Assembly: GCA_934095845.1 (NCBI GenBank)
Contig: CAKOKS010000001.1
Span: 5,689 to 69,688, forward strand
DNA: 64,000 nt
Reading direction: 5' to 3'
Source: an uncultured Bacilli bacterium
GTDB taxonomy: Bacteria > Bacillota_I > Bacilli_A > RF39 > UBA660
Shown here: one piece after another, positions 45,514 to 55,160 of the stretch
Position numbering within the stretch: position 1 is the first letter of the stretch
Layout of the letters: each line of letters begins with the position of its first letter
Position numbers and translations under genes: made by a program
Notes under the pieces: model-generated
Database searches by the model: none
Seen by the model: the letters and a program-made list of their open reading frames with translations, nothing else
What the model was told of the DNA's origin: nothing

Positions 45514-45614
45514 AATAGTTTAACTATTAATTATATTGTGGTAAAATAATTTGTTGATGTTTATGAAAAAAAATAATTAAAGCATATTATTAATTGAAGG
45601 GATAATGGATAGAA

Positions 45615-46166
45615 ATGGAAAAGATAATATTAAATGAAGTACAACATAATGAACTATGTTTAGAATTAGCAAGATTAGTTAGTAAATTTAAAAAAAATAA
45701 GAATGTAGACTGTATATATTTTAATGTATTTGATTTTTTAGGAGTAATAAGAGACGTAATTAATATAAATGTAGTAATTTATAATTATGATAATAGATTT
45801 ATTGAAAAACTAGAAAAGTTAAATAAAAAGTTTTATGATACAGAAGATAGTTTATCAAGATATGGTATAAAAATTTGTCTTTCGTATGGAAGATTTGACA
45901 ATTATTGTTTAATTCCAAATGGTGTGCCAGATATACTTTTAGCTAGAGATCTTTATAGTTCAACTATATTATTTGATAGAACTGGTAATCTTACTAATTT
46001 GCAAAAAGAACAAATTGAAAGTAAAGATGAATCTGTACAAAATATAGTGTTTGAATATAACAATTTAGGAACTTTAGAACCACCAATAGAAGCAGATATG
46101 GTCAGTGATAACTTAGAAGAAGTAAGAGGTTGGAAACTTTTAAAAAAGAGAAAAGAAGAATGTTAA
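45615..46166 (+). CDS. hypothetical protein
   Basis: 183-aa ORF. Faint resemblance to a degenerate minimal nucleotidyltransferase fold (..ININVVIY.. where DxD is expected); not relied on. Confidence 0.55.
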   Translation: MEKIILNEVQHNELCLELARLVSKFKKNKNVDCIYFNVFDFLGVIRDVININVVIYNYDNRFIEKLEKLNKKFYDTEDSLSRYGIKICLSYGRFDNYCLIPNGVPDILLARDLYSSTILFDRTGNLTNLQKEQIESKDESVQNIVFEYNNLGTLEPPIEADMVSDNLEEVRGWKLLKKRKEEC

Positions 46167-46189
46167 TGTTATTAATTCTTCTTTTTTTT
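46151..46189 (+). terminator. intrinsic terminator
   Basis: AGAAGAAT-N13-ATTCTTCT stem followed by T8. Confidence 0.7.
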
Positions 46190-46245
46190 ATGCAGAAATA
46201 TGTTATAATTCATTATAGATATGTTAACTTTTAAAGTAGGAAGAT

Positions 46246-47055
46246 GTGATTAACTTGAAGGAAATGATAGTATTAGATTTAGATGGAACTTTATTAAACA
46301 GTGAAGATAAAGTATCAATTAATAGTAAAAAATATTTAAAAAAATTAAAAGATCTTGGTTATATTATTGTTATAGCATCAGGTAGAATATATGAATCAGT
46401 TAGGTATGTCTTAGAAGATTTTGATTATGTTAATTATGTTATAACAGATGCAGGAGTATCTTGCTATGATACACGTGATGATAAATGCATTTTTAGTAAT
46501 CCTATTATGAATAAAACGTTAAATAATTTTATTAAATACTATGACGAAGATTGTATTTATATGGATTTTTGTGCAAAAAATAAAATATATAAATTTTCAA
46601 AAGAAATTGTGGATTTGTATTTTATAGAAAATGTTAAAAATTGGGAAAACTTTATTAGTAATCATGAAGATATAGCTCATATATCATTAAATATAAAGAC
46701 TAATGAAAAAGCTTTATCTTTAGCTTCTAAATTAGAAACAATTTTTCCTGAATTATCAATTAATATAATGCAAGATTCTTTTTCAGATAAAAAGTGGATA
46801 GAAACAACAGTAAAAGGTTGTTCAAAGTATAAAGCAATTATTTCACTTGCTAACTATTTAGGAATAGATGACAATAAAATTGTTGCTTTTGGTGATGGAT
46901 TAAATGATATAGATATGATAAAAAATTGTAAAGTAGGAGTAGCAATGAATAATGCTTTACCGGTAGTTAAAGAGTGTGCCAATTATATTACAAATTATAA
47001 TAATAATGACGACGGTGTAATTGAATTTTTAAGGGAGTATTTAAATGTTGAGTAA
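46246..47055 (+). CDS. Cof-type HAD-IIB family phosphatase
   Basis: VLDLDGTLL, ..ASGR.., ..FGDGLNDIDM.. motifs. Confidence 0.88.
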   Translation: MINLKEMIVLDLDGTLLNSEDKVSINSKKYLKKLKDLGYIIVIASGRIYESVRYVLEDFDYVNYVITDAGVSCYDTRDDKCIFSNPIMNKTLNNFIKYYDEDCIYMDFCAKNKIYKFSKEIVDLYFIENVKNWENFISNHEDIAHISLNIKTNEKALSLASKLETIFPELSINIMQDSFSDKKWIETTVKGCSKYKAIISLANYLGIDDNKIVAFGDGLNDIDMIKNCKVGVAMNNALPVVKECANYITNYNNNDDGVIEFLREYLNVE

Positions 47056-48247
47056 AAATTATAAAGTGTTATTTTCTCTTAGGTTATTAAAAAGTATATT
47101 AACTAATTTTGTAGATGTATTTTTAGTTTTATATTTTGTTAACGTATCTAACAATAATATATTAACACTTGGCATATATAAATTAGTTGCTGTTATAACG
47201 ATATGGTTAGTTATATTTATATTTAAAAATTACTGTAAGTCTAAAAATAGAAGCTATTTAATGAAAATAGGTATTTTAATGTATTTTATATATTTTCTAT
47301 TTATAATATTATTAAGAGAACAAGTTACTAGCTACATCTATGTATTAGGATTTTTATATGGACTAGAAGAAGGATTTTATTATTCTGTATATAATATGAT
47401 AGAATCTGATGGGATAGAAAACAAAAAACGTGAAAAATACTTAGGTTCATCAAATGCATTTAAGAATATAGTTGCTATTATTTTTCCTTTATTTTTTGGA
47501 AGTTTAATTCAAAACTCAGGTTTTATAAAATCAATTATAGTAGTTTTAATAATTGTTATTTTAGAAATAATTTTATCAATGATATTAAAAGATGAAAATA
47601 TACCTAAAGAAAATAAAATTGATTTAAAAAATTTTAATAAGGAAATGAAAAAATATCCTCAATTTAAAAGTATTATTAAATCTTATTTTTGTTCAGGGTT
47701 AACGTATTCAGAAGGTGCTTTATCATATGTTGTAACAATATATATAATTAAAGTTTTTTCTGAAAGTATAAGTCTTGGAATATTTACCTCAATTTTTAGT
47801 TGTATTTCTATAATTATTGGATTTTTATTTATTAAAATTATTAAACCCAAACATTATGTTAAACTTTTAACAATAACTTTACCAATTACAGTAGTATTTT
47901 TATGTATTATGTTATTAAATTGTAATTTTATAACTGTAGTTTTATATAATTTGTTTCAAACTATATCAAAATTATTATCTGATTTAATAAGTGAAAGAAA
48001 TATAGCTAACTTCTCTAATATTGATGTAATAAAAAATAAATATAAAGTTGAATACTTTTTTAGTTTAGAAACATCTTTATTTATTGGAAGAGTTATAAGT
48101 AATAGTTTATTTATTTTAATGCTATTCTTAGATGCTAATTTTATTATGTTAGTATTTGTAATATTTGTAGTATCTCAAGCAATAAGTGTAATAAAGTTAC
48201 AACTTGATATGAATAAAAATAGTAAATTAGTAAAAGAAGGTGAATAA
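47045..48247 (+). CDS. MFS-like 12-TM transporter
   Basis: 400 aa and about 12 hydrophobic segments. Overlaps the HAD gene by 11 nt. Confidence 0.6.
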   Translation: MLSKNYKVLFSLRLLKSILTNFVDVFLVLYFVNVSNNNILTLGIYKLVAVITIWLVIFIFKNYCKSKNRSYLMKIGILMYFIYFLFIILLREQVTSYIYVLGFLYGLEEGFYYSVYNMIESDGIENKKREKYLGSSNAFKNIVAIIFPLFFGSLIQNSGFIKSIIVVLIIVILEIILSMILKDENIPKENKIDLKNFNKEMKKYPQFKSIIKSYFCSGLTYSEGALSYVVTIYIIKVFSESISLGIFTSIFSCISIIIGFLFIKIIKPKHYVKLLTITLPITVVFLCIMLLNCNFITVVLYNLFQTISKLLSDLISERNIANFSNIDVIKNKYKVEYFFSLETSLFIGRVISNSLFILMLFLDANFIMLVFVIFVVSQAISVIKLQLDMNKNSKLVKEGE

Positions 48248-48248
48248 T

Positions 48249-48475
48249 ATGTTATTTTTTAAAAATAAAGAACCTATGTCAGAGGAAGAAAAAAATATAT
48301 TAAAACAAGTAATGATGTACTATGAATTAAATAAAGATATATTTGTTAATTGTTATAGTATAAGTGAAAAGAAAAAAATTATTTAATAGTTTTAAGTAGA
48401 GGAGAACTTGTTATTAATGATTCATATTTACTTAGTAAATTAGAAAGTATTAGTAAAGTTAGGTCATTAATATAG
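48249..48475 (+). pseudogene. small ORF split by a -1/+2 shift in an A7 run (frameshifted or slippage-dependent)
   Basis: ORF 48249-48386 stops just after A7 (48372-48378). The frame reached by a -1 slip is open to 48475, giving a continuous 75-aa product ..SEKKKNYLIVLSRGELVINDSYLLSKL.. Confidence 0.5.
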
Positions 48476-48625
48476 ACAATTTTGTGATAAGTGTATGAGA
48501 CTAAATTTTGTTTTATTGGGTTTATTTCTAAATATGATGCACTACTTATGAATATTGTAAAAATGAGATTTATTTGAATATTTTTTTAAATAAATTATAA
48601 TAATTATTACTTGTGAGGTGATACA

Positions 48626-49765
48626 ATGTTGTATTGTTTTGATAAACTTTTACCATGGGATTATTCTAAAAGAGAAATGGCAATTTCTAAAATGAATAAT
48701 ACTGGAATACTTTATGATAGTAAATTGAAAATATTTACCGACTTTGATGGAAATATAATTGATATTAAAGGTAAATTAATATTTCCAAGAACTGGTGGAG
48801 ACCAAATAAATGATATGAATGATGAAATTATTAAACATGGTGGTATACCTATTTTGTTTAATAATGAAGTTGAGATGGTGGAAAGTTGGCCAGATTATTT
48901 TTCAACAGAGAGAAAATGTAAAATGTTTAAAGGAAAAGATTTAATTAACTTTGATATAGTAAAAGAAATAGAAAAAGTTTATGGAAAAGAAATATTTTTT
49001 AAAACCAAGGTTAAAAACTTCAGTGCTATTATTCCAGTAAATTTACTTTTGGATGAAGAATGTGCATTATATAAAACTTTAATACATCATTTAGAAGATG
49101 AATTTATTATTAGTAAAAAGGTAAATATTGAGGGAGATAGATACGGTTCAAAAGAATATAGATGTTTTGTAGTTAACAATGAAGTTTATAGCATTTCTAG
49201 ATATACGACTACTATTTTACATAGTATAGAACCTAGAGTATTAGAATTTGCAGATAGTATTGTTGAAAAACTTAAAGGTGTATTCCCTGATTATTATGTT
49301 TTAGATTTATTTGAATATCAAGCTGATGGACATAATAATATTGATGTATTAGAATTTAATCCTATTCAAGCTGCTGGGCTTTATTTATATAATTCTTGTA
49401 TGAAAAAAAGTGATGATATATTACATGAAAATTCTAATAATATATCATATGAATTTATTGATAAAATTGATGAATGTACATTTGAAGGAAAAATATCTAG
49501 TGAAGCATCAAATTTATATGATTATCCAAATGGTTTTTCTAATCATTTAAGAAGTATTTGTTTGACAGGAGAAATAGGAACATCGTTTGTTCATGGCTTA
49601 CATTTATCAAACAAAGATTTTGCAAGACATAGTCCAATATTTAATCCTGCAAATGCTGTTTTATTAGATGATGATCTTTTACTACGTAAAGAAGAACCAA
49701 ATAATTTACCAGATGAAATGACTGAAAAACTTAAAAAACTATTAAAAGAAAATAAAATAGATTAA
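48626..49765 (+). CDS. ATP-grasp fold protein, R2K-clade/DUF4343-like (tentative)
   Basis: ..IFFKTKVKNFSAI.., ..KEYRCFVVNNEVYSISRY.., ..YVLDLFEY..DG...IDVLEFNPIQAAGLY.. match the ATP-grasp core pattern. Confidence 0.6.
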   Translation: MLYCFDKLLPWDYSKREMAISKMNNTGILYDSKLKIFTDFDGNIIDIKGKLIFPRTGGDQINDMNDEIIKHGGIPILFNNEVEMVESWPDYFSTERKCKMFKGKDLINFDIVKEIEKVYGKEIFFKTKVKNFSAIIPVNLLLDEECALYKTLIHHLEDEFIISKKVNIEGDRYGSKEYRCFVVNNEVYSISRYTTTILHSIEPRVLEFADSIVEKLKGVFPDYYVLDLFEYQADGHNNIDVLEFNPIQAAGLYLYNSCMKKSDDILHENSNNISYEFIDKIDECTFEGKISSEASNLYDYPNGFSNHLRSICLTGEIGTSFVHGLHLSNKDFARHSPIFNPANAVLLDDDLLLRKEEPNNLPDEMTEKLKKLLKENKID

Positions 49766-49776
49766 TAAAAATATAT

Positions 49777-49806
49777 GGGAAACTTGAAAATAGTTTCCTT
49801 GTTTTA
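49777..49806 (+). terminator. intrinsic terminator
   Basis: GGAAAC-N9-GTTTCC stem followed by TTGTTTT. Confidence 0.65.
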
Positions 49807-49828
49807 TTGTATATAAAATGATAAAATA
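49797..49828 (+). repeat. 32-bp direct repeat, copy 1 (terminator tail plus promoter-like sequence)
   Basis: CCTTGTTTTATTGTATATAAAATGATAAAATA, identical to 53098-53129. Contains TTGTTT-17 nt-TAAAAT with TG at the extended -10 position. Confidence 0.9.
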
Positions 49829-49853
49829 AAAAATAGGGAGGTTTAGATATATT

Positions 49854-50846
49854 ATGTCACAAATAAGTATTAATAAATTAAAAAAATATGAAAATGGTGT
49901 AACAATTAAACTTAAATATGAAGGAACTTCAATACCTGTTTTTGATGAAGAAAAAGCATATAAACTAATAGAAGCATTTTTTAGTAGTGAAAGATTAGTT
50001 AGTGATATGCCAAGAAATATTTCATACATTAGAACTATATTAAAGGATGCCAATGAGAAGCTATTAGCTATAGAATATAATGATGGTAAGAATGTAGAAA
50101 CTATACAATATGATAATAAAAATTTAGTTTTATTTGAGTGCAAAAAATATGATAGAGATTCAAATTGTATGGAGGTAAGTTTCACTTCAAGTAATGGATT
50201 AAATGTTTCTTTTTCAGGTTTAGGCTTTGCTAATAGTGCTAAATATGCACAAATGGATAATATGAAAAGTAAATTTAACAAAGTAATAGAATATCTTGAT
50301 GAGTTAAAATATGTTGGTTTTGTATCCCTTGATAATGATTCTAAATTATTAGTTGAAGTGTATAAAATATTTTATAAGGAAAATCCTGATTTTAGTAAAG
50401 AAGATATAAACATAAAGATGCAAGCCATGGTGTCAATTTTGTCTCAATTTGATATTTATTGTGGAGATTATAGTTTTAGTTTTGATGGAAACATGCCAGA
50501 ATCCATTGCTTTATATGCAAAAATTTATGATTTGTTTCCCCTAGGTGAAGTAACTGTAGTAGACGATCCAATAGAATTAAAAACATCTGCAAAAGAGCGT
50601 ATAGAAATTGTTGGAGAAACTGTAAAAAATGCGTTTAGTAATGAAGAAAACATAAATGAAACATTAATAACAATTAGTAAAACTATTTATGCTGGAAGGT
50701 ATGATGTTTCACATTGTGACGTTAGAGAATTGATAAAAAATTCAAATATAAATCTTACAGTTAGTGAAGCAGAGTCAAGTCTTAAATTAGTAAAAAAAAT
50801 AAATGATAGAATGACTGAAAATATGTTAAATAAAAGCCATAAATAA
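49854..50846 (+). CDS. hypothetical protein; C-terminal half faintly YwgA/Panacea(DUF4065)-like
   Basis: 330-aa ORF with a GGGAGG RBS. ..IKMQAMVSILSQF....GDYSFSFDGNMPESIALYAKIYDL.. resembles the KLQK...Y.F..Y.YGP.S..L motif (from memory, weak). Confidence 0.65.
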   Translation: MSQISINKLKKYENGVTIKLKYEGTSIPVFDEEKAYKLIEAFFSSERLVSDMPRNISYIRTILKDANEKLLAIEYNDGKNVETIQYDNKNLVLFECKKYDRDSNCMEVSFTSSNGLNVSFSGLGFANSAKYAQMDNMKSKFNKVIEYLDELKYVGFVSLDNDSKLLVEVYKIFYKENPDFSKEDINIKMQAMVSILSQFDIYCGDYSFSFDGNMPESIALYAKIYDLFPLGEVTVVDDPIELKTSAKERIEIVGETVKNAFSNEENINETLITISKTIYAGRYDVSHCDVRELIKNSNINLTVSEAESSLKLVKKINDRMTENMLNKSHK

Positions 50847-50864
50847 CATTTTGATTTATTATAT

Positions 50865-50897
50865 AGGAAGTCACAAAATGACTTCCTTATTTTATTT
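50865..50897 (+). terminator. intrinsic terminator
   Basis: AGGAAGTCA-CAAAA-TGACTTCCT 9-bp stem followed by a T-rich tail. Confidence 0.75.
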
Positions 50898-50908
50898 AGT
50901 AAATTTGT
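50890..50908 (+). repeat. 19-bp direct repeat, copy 1
   Basis: TTTTATTTAGTAAATTTGT, identical to 52018-52036. Confidence 0.85.
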
Positions 50909-51011
50909 AATCGAAATTGGTATCCTTTTATATACAATGAAAGATATAGCTAGATTATAACGGTTTTAAATTACTTGTGATATAATATGCTTCACTTTAG
51001 AGGAGGACTTT

Positions 51012-51968
51012 ATGACAATAGACTTTAATGAACAAGAAATATTAAAAATTGAACAGTTTACTGGATTACCTTTAATTGGTTATATTAATCCGCAAGGTAA
51101 AATTATAAATTATAGCATTTTAATCGGAGAATATGGACATGATAACTGGAGAAATCCAGTAACTCCTATTTTTTTAAATTTTGTAAGTTTTGTTATTAAA
51201 AATCAAAGGATGCCACAATTTAAATTCGAAGGATATGAAAAATTATTAGAAATGAATAAATATGAAGGTTTTGATGATATAGTAAAAAGAGGAGTAGACT
51301 ATTATAGTGATCTTAATCGAACATCTTATAAAACTTTTTTAGATAAGTTACAACGTTGTTTTGAAGAAGAAAATGATAATGCCCAATCTTATAGTTTTAG
51401 TCAAAGAGACGGTTTTGAAATATTAAGAACCGATATGGTGCGTTTTTTTCACAAACTCTATTCTAATAATAATTTTTTTGGATCGCTTGGAAGAATTATT
51501 TATGTTGAAAATAGAGATTTTATTGCTAAAAAATATAATATCGAAGATGATAATAAAATAATGGAATTTTATTATCAGTATGTAATAGTTAATTTAATTT
51601 CTTATATGAAGGATTTTTGTGTTCAATATTTAGGATATGATTCTATTGAAAGGGCAACACCGTGTGCTGATTTGAATATAATTAATAATATTTATGATAG
51701 TTCTAATGGCTATAGATTTTCCAACAATCCTAGAACTATTACAACTTCTTGTACTAATATTAATGAACGTTTCTATAATTGGTTGCTTATGGATTGGCAA
51801 ATACAAAGAGTTCCTAGATATTTTTGGAATGAAAAAGAAAAAATATTTAAATTAGAAGAACCCGATTATATATTTCATAAAACTGATAAAGAAGAAATAT
51901 TAGAAAAAGAAATAGAGGCAATTAGAAATCAAATACCAAAAGCTAAAAGAAAAGTTTATTTCAGATAA
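51012..51968 (+). CDS. hypothetical protein
   Basis: 318-aa ORF with a GAGGAGG RBS. No family recognised. Confidence 0.7.
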   Translation: MTIDFNEQEILKIEQFTGLPLIGYINPQGKIINYSILIGEYGHDNWRNPVTPIFLNFVSFVIKNQRMPQFKFEGYEKLLEMNKYEGFDDIVKRGVDYYSDLNRTSYKTFLDKLQRCFEEENDNAQSYSFSQRDGFEILRTDMVRFFHKLYSNNNFFGSLGRIIYVENRDFIAKKYNIEDDNKIMEFYYQYVIVNLISYMKDFCVQYLGYDSIERATPCADLNIINNIYDSSNGYRFSNNPRTITTSCTNINERFYNWLLMDWQIQRVPRYFWNEKEKIFKLEEPDYIFHKTDKEEILEKEIEAIRNQIPKAKRKVYFR

Positions 51969-52017
51969 AAATATTGTCACTAAAATTCAATTGTTAAAAA
52001 TAGTAAATGCTATTCAG

Positions 52018-52036
52018 TTTTATTTAGTAAATTTGT
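52018..52036 (+). repeat. 19-bp direct repeat, copy 2
   Basis: TTTTATTTAGTAAATTTGT. Confidence 0.85.
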
Positions 52037-52137
52037 TACACTAATGATTATTTTATGATTAATTTAGTATTATATTGAAATCAATTGAAGAAAAAAATTT
52101 TAAAGAGTATAATATTATTAATTTTTAGGTGAAAAGT

Positions 52138-53058
52138 ATGACATTAACTATTATTATTGAAGAATATTATAATTTGATTTGTGAAATGAATTATTTATTA
52201 ATTGTATTAAATGGAGTATTAGAAGATGATGAAAATATTCAATTTATAAAAGAAAAAATATTAATAAATGATAATTTTAAACATATAGATATAGATAACA
52301 TTCTAAAATATTTACAAAATTCAGTAGATAATGATTTGAATTTTAAATTAATTAAGTACTTAAAAAATTTAATAATATTTGCTGAAAAATATAATGTTAA
52401 TTCATTTGAAGAAATAGAAGATAGAATTTTAACATTATGGGAACATGGGCATATTTATGATGAAACATTATTGAAATATGTTATTAGAATAGATTCGGAT
52501 AATTTATATAAAATATATATTGATATGGTAAGAGAAAATCTGATTAAAGATCCGAATGTTCATATTGGAACTTCATCTGAGCCGTTGTTTACTATGCTTC
52601 CTAAAAAAAAGAAATTGTTAATTTATAATTTAAAAATTATTGCTAGTCCATTAGTAAATTGGACTATATTAAAAAATGGTACAATTCCATTAGAACATTT
52701 TATTTATGAATATGAAACAGCTAAAGATAAAATATTAAAAAAATATTTTCATGACATAATAATGAGTGCTTTAAAAGGAAATTTGTGTGTATTTAATAAT
52801 AGATATTTTAAAAGAACAGGATGCAGTTATTTTGAAAAAGTTACAGGATTATATTTATTATCACTATATGATGTAGAAGATACACAATGCTTACATAATA
52901 GATTAAGTGATGATGGTTTTATAAAAGAAATAAATGAGTATTTACTAAGTGATGAAGGATATAATCATCAATTAAAATTATATAAAGAACATAATCTTCA
53001 AGGAGATAGGAGTTTAAATCAGATAAAATTAGTAAGAAAGAATAGAAATTTTAATTAA
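52138..53058 (+). CDS. hypothetical protein
   Basis: AGGTGA lies 5 nt upstream of the ATG at 52138 (track GTG at 52129). 306 aa. No family recognised. Confidence 0.65.
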   Translation: MTLTIIIEEYYNLICEMNYLLIVLNGVLEDDENIQFIKEKILINDNFKHIDIDNILKYLQNSVDNDLNFKLIKYLKNLIIFAEKYNVNSFEEIEDRILTLWEHGHIYDETLLKYVIRIDSDNLYKIYIDMVRENLIKDPNVHIGTSSEPLFTMLPKKKKLLIYNLKIIASPLVNWTILKNGTIPLEHFIYEYETAKDKILKKYFHDIIMSALKGNLCVFNNRYFKRTGCSYFEKVTGLYLLSLYDVEDTQCLHNRLSDDGFIKEINEYLLSDEGYNHQLKLYKEHNLQGDRSLNQIKLVRKNRNFN

Positions 53059-53076
53059 AAATTTGATAATAATAAG

Positions 53077-53104
53077 AACAAGGTATATTGGTGATTACCT
53101 TGTT
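53077..53104 (+). terminator. intrinsic terminator
   Basis: AACAAGGTA-N10-TACCTTGTT 9-bp stem. The 3' arm runs into repeat copy 2. Confidence 0.7.
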
Positions 53105-53129
53105 TTATTGTATATAAAATGATAAAATA
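53098..53129 (+). repeat. 32-bp direct repeat, copy 2 (uvrB promoter region)
   Basis: CCTTGTTTTATTGTATATAAAATGATAAAATA. Confidence 0.9.
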
Positions 53130-53154
53130 CAAATAATTAAAAAGGAGGTAATTT

Positions 53155-55104
53155 ATGTTTAAACTAGTTTCAAAATATGAACCAAATGGAGATCAACCTG
53201 AAGCAATAAAAGAACTTGTTGAAGGCATTAAAGAAGGAAAAAGAGACCAAGTCCTTTTAGGTGCAACAGGTACAGGTAAAACATTTACTATTGCCAATGT
53301 TATTGCAAAAACAAATAAACCAACATTAGTTCTTGCTCATAATAAAACTTTAGCTGGTCAATTATATTCCGAATTAAAAGAATTATTTCCTGAAAATCGT
53401 GTTGAGTATTTTGTTTCATATTATGATTATTATCAACCAGAGGCATATGTTCCATCAAGTGATACATATATTGAGAAAGATGCAAGTATAAATGATGAAA
53501 TAGATGAATTAAGACATTCAGCAACAAGTGCATTACTTACCCATGATGATGTAATCGTTGTTTCAAGTGTATCTTGTATATATGGTATAGGAGATCCTGA
53601 TGATTATAAAAATCATATGTTAATTTTAAATAAAGGAGATATTATTTCAAGAAATGATTTATTAAATAGATTAATTGATATGAATTATGAAAGAAATCAA
53701 ATTGATTTTCATAGAGGAACTTTCAGAGCTAATGGAGATACAATTGATATAGTTCCAATTGCTGAAAAGAAAAATGGAATACGTATTGAATTATTTGGTG
53801 ATGAAGTAGATAGAATAAGCGAATTTGATATTTTAACCGGTACAATTATTAAATCTAAAAAAAGTGTAACTTTATTTCCAGCAACACATTTTGTAACAAA
53901 TAAAGATAAATTAGAAGAGGCTTGTAATAGAATTGAAGATGAACTTCATAAAAGGTCTAAAGAGTTAATTGATAATCATAAACTTCTTGAAGAACAAAGA
54001 CTTAGAGAAAGATGTATTTATGATTTAGAAATGTTAAGAGAAACAGGATTTTGTCATGGAATAGAAAATTATTCAAGACATCTTGCTTTAAGAGATGAAG
54101 GTGAAACCCCATCAACATTAATTGATTTTTTTCCTAAAGATTTTTTACTTGTAATTGATGAATCCCATGTTACAGTTCCTCAAATAAGAGGTATGTATAA
54201 TGGAGATAGAATGCGTAAGCAAACACTTGTTGATTATGGTTTCCGTTTACCAAGTGCTATGGATAACAGACCTTTAAAATTTGATGAATTTAATGAAAAA
54301 CTTAATCAAGTTATTTATGTTTCAGCAACACCTGGTGATTATGAACTTGGACTTGTTGATGGTAAATGTGTTGAACAAATCATTAGACCTACAGGTTTAC
54401 TAGATCCAACTATTGAAGTTAAGAAAACTGAAGGTCAAATAGATGATTTAATTGAAGAAATAAGAGAACGTATTGCTAAAAATGAAAGAGTACTTGTTAC
54501 AACTTTGACAATACGTATGGCTGAAGAATTAACATCTTATCTAAAAAGTGTTGGTATAAAAGTTCAATATCTTCATAGTGAAGTTCATACTTTAGAAAGA
54601 TTAAAAATTATAAGAGAATTAAGACTTGGTAAATATGACTGTTTAGTTGGTATTAATTTACTTAGAGAAGGAATTGATTTACCAGAAGTTTCATTAATTG
54701 CCATAATGGATGCAGATAAACAAGGATTCTTAAGAAGTGATAGATCATTAATCCAAATAATAGGTCGTTGTGCAAGAAATGCAAATGGACATGTAATAAT
54801 GTATGCAGATACAATAAGTGATTCTATGAAACTTGCAATTGAAGAAACTAAGAGAAGAAGAAGTATTCAAGAAAAATATAACTTAGATCATGGTATTACT
54901 CCTAAAACAATTATTAAAGAAATAAAAGAAGTCATAAGTAATACAGATGAAGAAAAAATTATTGAAAACAAAAAAATGAGTAAAAAAGATAAAGAACTAA
55001 TTGCATCTAATATTGAACAAGAAATGAAAGAAGCAGCTAAGAATTTAGACTTTGAAAGAGCAATGGAATTAAGAGATATTTTATTTGAGTTAAAGAGTGA
55101 ATAG
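53155..55104 (+). CDS. uvrB: excinuclease ABC subunit B
   Basis: ..[13 protein letters not shown]......[13 protein letters not shown].., ..[12 protein letters not shown].., C-terminal UVR domain ..FERAMELRD... Confidence 0.97.
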   Translation: MFKLVSKYEPNGDQPEAIKELVEGIKEGKRDQVLLGATGTGKTFTIANVIAKTNKPTLVLAHNKTLAGQLYSELKELFPENRVEYFVSYYDYYQPEAYVPSSDTYIEKDASINDEIDELRHSATSALLTHDDVIVVSSVSCIYGIGDPDDYKNHMLILNKGDIISRNDLLNRLIDMNYERNQIDFHRGTFRANGDTIDIVPIAEKKNGIRIELFGDEVDRISEFDILTGTIIKSKKSVTLFPATHFVTNKDKLEEACNRIEDELHKRSKELIDNHKLLEEQRLRERCIYDLEMLRETGFCHGIENYSRHLALRDEGETPSTLIDFFPKDFLLVIDESHVTVPQIRGMYNGDRMRKQTLVDYGFRLPSAMDNRPLKFDEFNEKLNQVIYVSATPGDYELGLVDGKCVEQIIRPTGLLDPTIEVKKTEGQIDDLIEEIRERIAKNERVLVTTLTIRMAEELTSYLKSVGIKVQYLHSEVHTLERLKIIRELRLGKYDCLVGINLLREGIDLPEVSLIAIMDADKQGFLRSDRSLIQIIGRCARNANGHVIMYADTISDSMKLAIEETKRRRSIQEKYNLDHGITPKTIIKEIKEVISNTDEEKIIENKKMSKKDKELIASNIEQEMKEAAKNLDFERAMELRDILFELKSE

Positions 55105-55160
55105 CTCTTTTTTTTATCTTTTAAATGTGTTATTATCTTTATAGAATAAGGAAGTGTTTT

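Noticed and set aside
49742-50281. 179-aa minus-strand ORF overlapping the 49854 gene.
   Set aside because: It is antisense to an ORF with a strong GGGAGG RBS and promoter. The composition is low-complexity and Leu/Ser/Phe-rich, typical of shadow ORFs in AT-rich DNA, and it has no RBS.
53098-53154. A LexA/DinR SOS box (GAAC-N4-GTTC) in the uvrB promoter and its duplicate at 49797.
   Set aside because: No such motif is present. The nearby GAAAC..GTTTC and AACAAGG..CCTTGTT repeats are the terminator stems of the upstream genes.
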